Positions 17,529 to 25,896 of a DNA stretch of 60,008 nucleotides are shown here, one piece after another. The stretch is from a virus (taxonomy: Duplodnaviria; Caudoviricetes). Every line of letters begins with the position of its first letter. Position 1 is the first letter of the stretch. The DNA is taken from positions 1-60,008 of IMG/VR virus record IMGVR_UViG_3300021090_000002; one strand, given 5' to 3'. The notes below the pieces were generated by a model, which saw only the letters and a program-made list of their open reading frames with translations, was not told where the DNA came from and did no database searches. The position numbers were made by a program, and so were the translations under genes.

Positions 17529-19249
17529 GCTCGAAACTTCTCATTCCAGAATGTGAGGATGGTTCGGGAAGCGTTTTCGTATGTTAAAATATGCGAGATT
17601 GAAGCGGCGTTCGGCCCCTTCGAATATGAAAAGGATCGCGCGCACGCGCCGCCGGACAAGACGCCATCATACCAAGTCGCCTTGTGATCGTGGGCTTTGT
17701 TGACGCGACGGCCTAGCTTCCGCAGTGAACGTGTTGACCCGCGCGCACCATTCGGCCCCAGATCGCCGTGCAGACCGCATTCAATGCCGCCGCCGTGTTT
17801 CTTGAGGATGATATAGGATTCATCCTCACCGTTGAATTTGACTCCGGCCGGGATTGGGTTCGCGCAATTGCGAAGCGCCCATTCAAGCACGTTGAAATCC
17901 TTGTCGCCGCCTTCGATGGCATCAAGCAACTTGTCTTGCAGGCGATAGAAGTACCGCGCGTTTGTCATGTCATGCGCGGGGTTGGCTTCGTTCAACCATC
18001 GGTTCAAATGCCGATCGTGGTTTGAACGAATCACGACGCTTTCGCACCATTCGCGATATGCTTCGGTCGCGAAGTCGGCTGTCACCTGAATTTCATCGTC
18101 AACGCTGCTTTCGCCGTTGACATGCTTTTCAAACGTCCGATGAAAATCCTTGATTTCATGATGCCCGGCCGCGCGCATTGAAAACAGATCATGCCAAAAC
18201 TGTTTGCGCGGGCGAAGCTGATTGAGCATGCCGCGCGGTCCCCATCCGAGTTCGCGAACCCATAATTCCATTTCGGATGCGTGGATATCGCCCCAAGTGA
18301 CGGCTTCGATGAACGATCGGCCGGGCGCATTCAAATCCTTGGGGAGCGGGATCGCGTCAACCTTGCCGTCTGCGATCCTCACGCCTCGATAGCCGCGCGG
18401 ACCGATATCGTACACCGCGCCGTCGTCGCCGATCTGTAGTTGTCGAACGTACCAATTGCCCTCGCAATCGACTTCAACAAGCACGCCGCCGAATGAGTGC
18501 TTGCGTTCCGCGACGATGCCCGCCCGCTTCTTGATGTAGTTGCGCATTGTGATCGCGCCGGTCGCATAGTTGAACTTCGTTGCTTCGTCGGCAAGCGACG
18601 CAATCGACTCCATTGCATGCTTTGCGTGCGGGATGATGTTTGACGATCGGCCGTTGTAATCATCAAGGCCGGTTAGCGGACTTGTCGCCGTTGGCAGGAT
18701 GTTCATTTCACCGCACCAGATCAGGCCCGGTGCAAGCTGAATGGATTCGTCTTTGATGTGCGGCACAAGTTCAGGCGCGAACCAAAGCTTCTCGCCTTTC
18801 TTGCTTTCGTCGTACGATCCGCGTTTGACCGCTTTCACGCCGTACGCGTCAATCGCGTAAGAGAATGAGCCGAAGATCATTTCAAAGGATGACTTCGGCT
18901 GTGTCGCGAACCAATCGCCATACGCCCGCACGTTCGCCAAGCCGGGATGGGGATAGGTATTGTTCTGACACGACGAGAGGAAATAGCGTGCAACGCCGCC
19001 CTTCGGCGGCAACGGGCGCTGTACCGCTTCGACGTAATCAATATGACCGTCAACGATCTTGCCGAGCTTCATGCGCAACTTCGTTTGCGCCATATCGAGT
19101 CGATCCCGAAACGTATTCCGTTTCATCTTACGCATACGCGCGGCTTCGGATTTGTTTCCGCCCGCGTCAATGTACGCCTGAATATCCTTGCGCAATTCCT
19201 CGATAGGAACTGGCAATGAACCCTTGCCGTTGTTCATCGTTACTTCCAA
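17525..19249 (-). CDS. T5 A1-like metallophosphoesterase/nuclease with N-terminal HTH
   Basis: QNNT, WCGEMNILPTA, IIPHAK, TGAIT.RNY, WYVRQL blocks recognised as A1-like; GDIH, HD, SNHD, HGD metal motifs. Confidence 0.75.
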   Translation of the reverse strand: MEVTMNNGKGSLPVPIEELRKDIQAYIDAGGNKSEAARMRKMKRNTFRDRLDMAQTKLRMKLGKIVDGHIDYVEAVQRPLPPKGGVARYFLSSCQNNTYPHPGLANVRAYGDWFATQPKSSFEMIFGSFSYAIDAYGVKAVKRGSYDESKKGEKLWFAPELVPHIKDESIQLAPGLIWCGEMNILPTATSPLTGLDDYNGRSSNIIPHAKHAMESIASLADEATKFNYATGAITMRNYIKKRAGIVAERKHSFGGVLVEVDCEGNWYVRQLQIGDDGAVYDIGPRGYRGVRIADGKVDAIPLPKDLNAPGRSFIEAVTWGDIHASEMELWVRELGWGPRGMLNQLRPRKQFWHDLFSMRAAGHHEIKDFHRTFEKHVNGESSVDDEIQVTADFATEAYREWCESVVIRSNHDRHLNRWLNEANPAHDMTNARYFYRLQDKLLDAIEGGDKDFNVLEWALRNCANPIPAGVKFNGEDESYIILKKHGGGIECGLHGDLGPNGARGSTRSLRKLGRRVNKAHDHKATWYDGVLSGGACARSFSYSKGPNAASISHILTYENASRTILTFWNEKFRA

Positions 19250-19566
19250 TGGTGATCTATGAAATATCGAACCGCTAAAACAATGAGTCCGCCGATGACG
19301 GAAAGAAACGCCGCAAATGATGCAAGGCCAAGCTTCGCCGGAGTCGACTCGGCCGTGAGCCGAACGCGGCGGGTAAACGCCGCATCTTTCTGTTGCTCGA
19401 TAATGCCCGAAGGTGTTTCGGCCTGAATGCCTAGTTCAAGCAAGACGTGTTTGACGGCGCGGTTCGTCGCTCGCTTCGCTGCTTTCTCTGCGGCGGCTTC
19501 AATAGCCCTGATAATCGCCGGATCGATCTTCGGCGTTGTGGTTTTACGGACGTGCATTTTATCCAC
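19240..19566 (-). CDS. Membrane protein in lysis cassette
   Basis: One C-terminal TM; position. Confidence 0.55.
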   Translation of the reverse strand: MDKMHVRKTTTPKIDPAIIRAIEAAAEKAAKRATNRAVKHVLLELGIQAETPSGIIEQQKDAAFTRRVRLTAESTPAKLGLASFAAFLSVIGGLIVLAVRYFIDHHWK

Positions 19567-20044
19567 GCCCCCGAAGCGATTTTATAAGCGCAATACCGCC
19601 AACGGCGACGCCCGCACCGATGAAGAGCGATTGAATAACGGCGTGTTCGGTTGTCTCGAAGAGGCCGGGGAGCGCGGCGACCCTCCATGACCCGACAGCG
19701 TGACGTTGAAACGTCGGCAAGAACCATTCGCCGATGACAATATGCCACGCCGACGAGTCAAGAACGACTTGCCAAGTATGGTATGAGAACGGAAGCATGA
19801 AGCCGAAAATCGTCACAACAACCCAAGGCGACCAAGGCCCTTCCTTGCTCCGTATCCCGGCGTTCAGTTCGTCGGCTTTGGACATGCCTTCGATGACTGT
19901 TGATCCGACCTTGGCGAGCGTTTCATTATCGCTCAAGTGAACGCGTACTTTCGCGTCAACGCGAGCGTTCAGCCAGTTGAACAACGGGCCGACGATCTTT
20001 GACAACGAACCCAAAGCCGCTTCGAATATCCATTTAAACAACAT
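19559..20044 (-). CDS. Holin-like membrane protein
   Basis: Start MLFKWIF; 2-3 TM; follows endolysin. Confidence 0.55.
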   Translation of the reverse strand: MLFKWIFEAALGSLSKIVGPLFNWLNARVDAKVRVHLSDNETLAKVGSTVIEGMSKADELNAGIRSKEGPWSPWVVVTIFGFMLPFSYHTWQVVLDSSAWHIVIGEWFLPTFQRHAVGSWRVAALPGLFETTEHAVIQSLFIGAGVAVGGIALIKSLRGRG

Positions 20045-20049
20045 CGCCG

Positions 20050-20391
20050 TTACCCCGTGTCGCCATCGTCGCTTGGGTCGTTTTTCTTGCGGAAACCCGC
20101 CGGGCCTTTGGTCACAAGACGCAAGACGATGAAGATTGCAGCGACGGCAACAAGGATCGAACCAAGTCGCGCACTTTCGCCGAACAGCGTCTTCAGCGTC
20201 GTGAGAAGATCGACCAGATCGAATTGATCGGCGAAGCCCGCAAGCAGCACAACGATTCCGATGACTATCGTTCGTACGCCACGAATTGCCGCCATCGCGC
20301 ATTGATACGCGCGAACAAGGCAAGACGGCTCGCTTGACTCTTCGATCATATCCGAAATCCTATCGAGAAAGTTTTGCAACCAGTTCATCAC
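20050..20391 (-). CDS. Holin-like two-TM protein
   Basis: Two TM, charged C-terminus, overlaps endolysin end. Confidence 0.55.
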   Translation of the reverse strand: MMNWLQNFLDRISDMIEESSEPSCLVRAYQCAMAAIRGVRTIVIGIVVLLAGFADQFDLVDLLTTLKTLFGESARLGSILVAVAAIFIVLRLVTKGPAGFRKKNDPSDDGDTG

Positions 20392-21271
20392 GGTACTTCC
20401 AAGCTACATACGCGAGCGCGCAGAACAGCGCCGCGCCAAGTGCGACCCAAAGCCAAAGCGGAAGATAACCGCCCGCAAGATGATCACCCGCGCCCGTGAT
20501 GACTTCGGTTGCTATCGTGCCGCCCGCACCTGTCGTCTGACGCACACCGTCGCGTTCCCGTTGGATCGCGGCGCGCGTCGCTGGTCCGGCAACACCGTCA
20601 ACACGCAATTGTTTGTGTGCTGTTTGAAATTTCAGAATCGCGTCTTGGGTAACGGCCGTGAAGTATTCGCCTTGAGTGCCGGTTTTGAAACCGATCTTCG
20701 CAAGTGCGGCGTTCAGGTCCGCGCATTCCGGCCCTTTGTCGCCAAGCCGAAGCATGCCGAATGATTGCGCACGCTTGGAATCCGTGTACGGGCGATTTCC
20801 TTCCGGGCCGTAATCGCCTGAAAGGATCATTGCGAGTTCGCGCTTGCGCCGCCGAGTCAGGCCCGCAAGAACCTTTCCGCCGCCCTTGTTCCAACTCAAC
20901 AGCGTTGGACCAATCTCGCCACGATCGCCGGAGCGGAAATATTTCACCCATGACGCGCGAGCGATTGCGCCCGTGTTAAAATGGAAATCGATTCCCGCAT
21001 CGAATTCAGCTTGCTTCGCGTTCGGCATCGCCGCGCGAACCGCCGGTTCATAGCTCTTGCGAATGCTTTCGACAAACAGGTACGCAGATTGCGCCGGGCT
21101 GATTGTGACGCCGGGACCAATGGGCTTCCCGAGATATTTCGCGGTGAAGCCGTCCGCGTTCGTGTTGCCCCGGCCGATCGTCCAAACGTCGGCCGGACAT
21201 TTATAGGCGCGAAGTGACTCGCCCTCGAAGTCCGCGCAAACGTTCAAGCCTTTGGATGAAGTGAGCATCAT
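20360..21271 (-). CDS. Endolysin: GH24 lysozyme + peptidoglycan-binding domain + C-terminal TM
   Basis: FEG....AYKC....WTIG.G.T, FHFNTG, GLTRRR..E; LRLGDKG...FQ....L.VDGVAGPAT. Confidence 0.9.
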   Translation of the reverse strand: MMLTSSKGLNVCADFEGESLRAYKCPADVWTIGRGNTNADGFTAKYLGKPIGPGVTISPAQSAYLFVESIRKSYEPAVRAAMPNAKQAEFDAGIDFHFNTGAIARASWVKYFRSGDRGEIGPTLLSWNKGGGKVLAGLTRRRKRELAMILSGDYGPEGNRPYTDSKRAQSFGMLRLGDKGPECADLNAALAKIGFKTGTQGEYFTAVTQDAILKFQTAHKQLRVDGVAGPATRAAIQRERDGVRQTTGAGGTIATEVITGAGDHLAGGYLPLWLWVALGAALFCALAYVAWKYRDELVAKLSR

Positions 21272-21272
21272 G

Positions 21273-21337
21273 GTCCGGCCCTGAAATCAGTGGCCGGACT
21301 CTGCGGACGATTGCAAAAACGATCAACTAACGATTCA
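21273..21337 (-). promoter_or_regulatory. Motif promoter plus RBS-masking hairpin for endolysin
   Basis: TGAATCGTTAGTTGA; TTGATC-N17-CAGAGT; GTCCGGCC/GGCCGGAC stem. Confidence 0.7.
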
Positions 21338-21339
21338 GA

Positions 21340-22185
21340 TTACGCGGACTCGGATTCCACTTCGAGAATTCCGGCGTAAGCGTAAAGCGTCAGAGTCAGG
21401 TCACGCGCGGTTGCGTCGATCATATCCGGAGTTCCGATGTAGAGCACATCGCCCGGCATGAACTGCACATCGTCGGCGAAGACGAACGAAATATCATCTT
21501 CGGAATCGGCGTCGCCGATGACTTCACCGATCTGAACGCTGCCTTTGAAGATCGGATATGACGCCGTTCCGGTCATGCCGATGCGGTAGCCACCAAGCGA
21601 ACCGGGAAGACTCGTCAATAGATAGAACGGTGAGACGGCGCGATATGCGAACATCGGCCGAATACCGCCTTCCGATTCGGAGTCCGAAGGGAAATCGGAT
21701 GATCCGTCAACGAGTCCGAAGCCCGGCGGACCGGCAAAGAAAAACCCGCCGCCGACAGCGAAGCGATTCGGCGAAGGAAACAGGAACGTATAATACGGGC
21801 CGCTTAGATTGCCCGCGTCCGGATCGAACGTTCCGGCCGCCGATGTGTGATCTTGGTTCACAAGATACACGCCTTCAAGTTCTGAAACGGTCGCGGTCAA
21901 GAGATTGCCGCGCTTGTACGCTGTTGAAGGCAACCAAGCGTCTTCCCATTTGAGTTCGGCGAGCGGTAGCGTGAACGGGCCGAATTCCGTTGAGTCGTCC
22001 ATGATGATAGTCATCTGGTCGTCAGTGACATCGATCGCGGCGATTTCGTTCGGTTGCGGCGGGTCCGCGATGATCGCCGCAATCTGCTGCGCAAGATCGT
22101 AAATATTTCCATCCGCTTCAACGGGAGTTAGATTCGTTCCCTTGCCCGCGCCCCAAGCGCCGGTTGTGCGATAAACTAAAGTCAT
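21340..22185 (-). CDS. Tail tip/adhesin protein with CBM5/12-like motif
   Basis: WLPSTAYKRG...VY....HTS; last gene of tail module. Confidence 0.6.
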   Translation of the reverse strand: MTLVYRTTGAWGAGKGTNLTPVEADGNIYDLAQQIAAIIADPPQPNEIAAIDVTDDQMTIIMDDSTEFGPFTLPLAELKWEDAWLPSTAYKRGNLLTATVSELEGVYLVNQDHTSAAGTFDPDAGNLSGPYYTFLFPSPNRFAVGGGFFFAGPPGFGLVDGSSDFPSDSESEGGIRPMFAYRAVSPFYLLTSLPGSLGGYRIGMTGTASYPIFKGSVQIGEVIGDADSEDDISFVFADDVQFMPGDVLYIGTPDMIDATARDLTLTLYAYAGILEVESESA

Positions 22186-22207
22186 TGCAATAACTCCTAT
22201 TCCGTCG

Positions 22208-22705
22208 TTATCCCGCGCTTAGTACTGTTGAAAATTCGCCGTTGCCCGTGTTCACTGTGATGGAAGCCGTAACGGTAATGGAGCCGTTCACCAGTCCGTT
22301 CGGTTGATTGTATTCGGCTTCGTGCATCAACTCTAAGTCTGCATCATACGTTTCAACCGTCCCGTGAATTGTTGAATTCGTTTCGCTAGGTGCGGCAAAG
22401 CCCGGCGCAATCATGTTGATAACAACAGTTTCCGCCGGTTCAATTTCTAATTCAGTCATCAAGTCGGGGATATTTTCAACGAGAAAAGCCCATCCCGGCG
22501 TGCCGCTGAAAATTCCGAATTCGTAAGAACCAAACTCGGACGGAATCGAAATCCCGTTAATGGTGAATGACTCCAACGTCCCGTCACCTTCGTAAAACCC
22601 ATCCAATGAAAACCGAATATTTCCGGTGACCGCATATAATCTGCTACCCCATCCAACATTGACGACGTTTTGAAACGGATCGAGTCTTCTGATTTCTACA
22701 GCCAT
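22208..22705 (-). CDS. Putative tail tip protein
   Basis: Position; beta-rich; lower GC. Confidence 0.55.
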   Translation of the reverse strand: MAVEIRRLDPFQNVVNVGWGSRLYAVTGNIRFSLDGFYEGDGTLESFTINGISIPSEFGSYEFGIFSGTPGWAFLVENIPDLMTELEIEPAETVVINMIAPGFAAPSETNSTIHGTVETYDADLELMHEAEYNQPNGLVNGSITVTASITVNTGNGEFSTVLSAG

Positions 22706-22714
22706 GTATCAAAC

Positions 22715-23053
22715 TCAATCGAAATTCGGGCGAATCTTAATCCGCTCGCGAGAAATACTGTTCACAAGTTCCATGTTTCGAATGCGTTCAACTTCAACGA
22801 ACTGCGTAGGATCATCCGGATTTTCTATCCGCACTTTTTCTATTTTGCGTGCGGACGCATCTTCAGCCCATTCAACTTGAACGTTGAGCGTGTACGGCGG
22901 CGGGTCTTCCTGATAGTTTGCATCGGCCTTTCCAGCCCATTCCAGAACAGCCGTTTCCGGTTCGTCCGGAACAGCGGACGGCAAAGGCGGCAAGCGTCGC
23001 GCCGTGAATACGGCGTCGCTTTCAAACGGACGGATGATGCGCTCAACGCTCAT
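22715..23053 (-). CDS. Putative tail protein
   Basis: Position; RIENPDDP.QFVEVERI pattern. Confidence 0.6.
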   Translation of the reverse strand: MSVERIIRPFESDAVFTARRLPPLPSAVPDEPETAVLEWAGKADANYQEDPPPYTLNVQVEWAEDASARKIEKVRIENPDDPTQFVEVERIRNMELVNSISRERIKIRPNFD

Positions 23054-24957
23054 GACGCGGCCTCAAGATCAATCGTCTTCGGCACTTTCAAAAGCGACGT
23101 GTTAAACGTGAATTCGTTATCATAAGGCCCGGTATTGAGCGGCTTCAGTTCGACTCGGAAAGATGTTTGAACAGTGTTGATCCGTTCGAACGCTTCGTTA
23201 GGATCGCGCGAATCCAAACCCAATGCCGCCCGTTGCTCTTCAACTGTTCCCGTTTTTGTAATATCGATCACAACCGCGCCGGGGTTGAGTCCGGCAATGA
23301 AATTCGTCCCGTCGTCGTTCGCGGGTGTTAAGCCTTCGATCGACTCATACGCGATCTGCCCCGCAATCGGCATAATGAACATGCCGTCATAGCGTTGATA
23401 TCCGACTTCAACGTACCCCTCTTCAACGTATGTCGGCGTTCCCGCATCTTCGGTCACCGTGCCGCCGTTGCCGATCGTGCAACCGATTCTGATATCGCAC
23501 ACGCTAGCGCCCGTCTCCCCATCAACGCCAAGATGATAAGAAACGATCTTCCCAGCCGCTTCGCCGCCGGGCAAACGCGGATCGTTAAGCCGCGCATTTT
23601 TCCGACAAGACAAATTCGCCGCAACGCCAAAAGTAAAAGGCGCTTCAAATTCCACTTCGACAGCGCGAGCGCGGGCTAATAGCTTGGCGCGGGCCATGCT
23701 AATCAACGCTTCGATAGTTTCCGTTCCGCGCGTCGTCGGAAAATAGCTGTTGCGCCGCAGATCATCCAACGGCAGCGATCCGTCAACATCGTTCGATATT
23801 TCCGCCGAATTCAAATCGATGCGCAAAATCTCTTCGTCGCCGGGATCGGTCAAGATCGCTTGCGTATCGGCCTCGATTGCGAAAGCGAGCGTCTCACTTC
23901 GCTTGCGATCCGCGTCGTACTGAACGACAAGTGTTGGCCGTATCCGTTGAATCGGAATATAAAGAGACTTCGCCGGGAATTGCGTCCCTAGCGAAACACT
24001 CGAAACGAATTCCGGCGGCATAACAACGCCAACCATTTCAGGCGTGCGTCCGAAGTTCGGCCCAAAGCCGACAGTTACGACGTAATCGAATTTCCAAATT
24101 GCGCCACCGACAGAATCGACGCGTTCGGCCGAACCGTCATAGACCGTCCAACCGCCGCCAAATGACGCGCCGGGTTTCGGCCAATTTGCAATAAGGCCAT
24201 CCCCGGTTAGGGTTTTGATTGTCGTCGGCGCACCAAATGCAAGCAGACTAGACAGATCAACGAAGCCGGTCGCGACCTGACTCCAGCCGACGCCCGCTGT
24301 CACTTCAACACGGCGTACAGGCGTCTGCGTGTAGGACACCTGAACGGAATCATAGAACGCGGTGTCTTCGTCAACGTCAATATTGCCGTCTTCACCGTTG
24401 ATCACATCCGAAGCCGTAACTACATGCGTCACACGATCGATGTGCCAAAGCGCCGGACGGAATTCCAACACGTTATCTGGATCGTCGCGATTTTCCGGAG
24501 CGAACCAAATCCCGTCCCAATACGGCGCGACTTTCATCGCCGCCGCGACCGTCGTTTTCTGTTCAGCAAAATCGATCGGCCGAGCGATGAAAGACAAACG
24601 TACTTGTTCGTCCGTTAGATTCTCGGGGACGCCGACAAGCCTGCCAAAGAACAGCGGCGTAACCTCGCCTTCACTTGTTGGGTCTGACACGTCGGACGGC
24701 AATTCGCTTTCGTCCGATTCATACTGCAACACGTCCGGCGGTTGCCAAGTCGTATCGATAGCAAACCACGCCCAAAGCTCGCGGCCGGGCGCGAGCAAGC
24801 CAACGTGCGGATTGATTACCGTCACGTCCAATTGCGGAAAATCGCCTTCGTCGTGAGTCAGATCGAACGACAATACCTGTTCGTCTTCGCGGATATGTTC
24901 GGCCCCGAAGACGGTTTCAGTTTCGTCAACCCAACAAAAATAGAAAGGGCCGCTCAT
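23050..24957 (-). CDS. Baseplate hub / tail tip protein
   Basis: 635 aa, two structural genes after tape measure. Confidence 0.65.
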   Translation of the reverse strand: MSGPFYFCWVDETETVFGAEHIREDEQVLSFDLTHDEGDFPQLDVTVINPHVGLLAPGRELWAWFAIDTTWQPPDVLQYESDESELPSDVSDPTSEGEVTPLFFGRLVGVPENLTDEQVRLSFIARPIDFAEQKTTVAAAMKVAPYWDGIWFAPENRDDPDNVLEFRPALWHIDRVTHVVTASDVINGEDGNIDVDEDTAFYDSVQVSYTQTPVRRVEVTAGVGWSQVATGFVDLSSLLAFGAPTTIKTLTGDGLIANWPKPGASFGGGWTVYDGSAERVDSVGGAIWKFDYVVTVGFGPNFGRTPEMVGVVMPPEFVSSVSLGTQFPAKSLYIPIQRIRPTLVVQYDADRKRSETLAFAIEADTQAILTDPGDEEILRIDLNSAEISNDVDGSLPLDDLRRNSYFPTTRGTETIEALISMARAKLLARARAVEVEFEAPFTFGVAANLSCRKNARLNDPRLPGGEAAGKIVSYHLGVDGETGASVCDIRIGCTIGNGGTVTEDAGTPTYVEEGYVEVGYQRYDGMFIMPIAGQIAYESIEGLTPANDDGTNFIAGLNPGAVVIDITKTGTVEEQRAALGLDSRDPNEAFERINTVQTSFRVELKPLNTGPYDNEFTFNTSLLKVPKTIDLEAAS

Positions 24958-25481
24958 GCCCGCCGCTCCTTACTATTCTCAAAAGCCGCACGACGCGCGA
25001 ACGACCACGGATTGCCTTTATTTGCCACAGACAGTTTGGCGCGAGTCTCTTTTGAAACTGGCGGCATAATTGCCGCTCGCCTTTTTTCCGACCACGTGCT
25101 GCCTGTTAGTGCTTTGGTATTTGCCGCTCCTATTTTAGCTCGCGTTTCGGCAGAAAGTTTACGACCGACCAAGCTTTTGATTATGTTCTTGCGATGCGAT
25201 TCTGAAACTTTGCGACCGCGCAGTGGCGACGGTCCGGAATTTCCTTCTGCTGAGTTCAATGTGCCGAGAACAATGGACACATTGCTAACAGCATATGGTC
25301 CTTCGTCACCGTGCCGCGCCATCACGTACTGCCCTTTACAACGTCCACGTTCGCGTGAGTGGCCCGACTCTTCCCATATTCTAAGCCACGTTTCGAACGT
25401 AAGTTCAAACGCGATACCGCGATATTTAGCATTGGCTTTTTGTTTTTGAAACGCTACTTTCAAAATCATGACTCCTCGCAC
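24954..25481 (-). CDS. Homing endonuclease-like protein with NUMOD3 repeats
   Basis: RGIAFELTFE.W, MARHGD.GPY...NV.I; SESHRK/SAETRAKI/SKETRAKLS repeats. Confidence 0.8.
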   Translation of the reverse strand: MRGVMILKVAFQKQKANAKYRGIAFELTFETWLRIWEESGHSRERGRCKGQYVMARHGDEGPYAVSNVSIVLGTLNSAEGNSGPSPLRGRKVSESHRKNIIKSLVGRKLSAETRAKIGAANTKALTGSTWSEKRRAAIMPPVSKETRAKLSVANKGNPWSFARRAAFENSKERRA

Positions 25482-25894
25482 TCAAGACTCCAACTCTGTA
25501 GCGCGCCGTATTCGTCCTTGGTGACGGTGAAATTCGTCACCAGCATAAGCAACTGCGGCCGATAGAACGTAAAACTACCTTCCGTTCGCGTTGATCCCGC
25601 GACGGCTGTTCGTCCGGCCGTCCCGCCCGTCAAGAAACCAAGTTCGGCGATGCAAGACACGGTAAGCTGCAAGCCGGGCCAGATCGCATCGATGGCAGGC
25701 GGTTGCTGATCGTTGCCGCTGATCGTGCTACGATACTTGCGAAACTGTGCGCTCGATACGTCGATAAGCGCCCCGTTGATTGTGCGCCGCAAGTTCGCCG
25801 CCGCGCCGATCGGGTCAAGCGATTGCGTGAGGCCCCGCGCGCTATACGGCGGAACGCCCATCCCGGTAAGGATAAGTTGTGTTTCGTTGGCCAT
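25466..25894 (-). CDS. Distal tail protein-like
   Basis: Directly after tape measure; RRTING.LID, WSLECEE. Confidence 0.6.
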   Translation of the reverse strand: MANETQLILTGMGVPPYSARGLTQSLDPIGAAANLRRTINGALIDVSSAQFRKYRSTISGNDQQPPAIDAIWPGLQLTVSCIAELGFLTGGTAGRTAVAGSTRTEGSFTFYRPQLLMLVTNFTVTKDEYGALQSWSLECEES

Positions 25895-25896
25895 GG

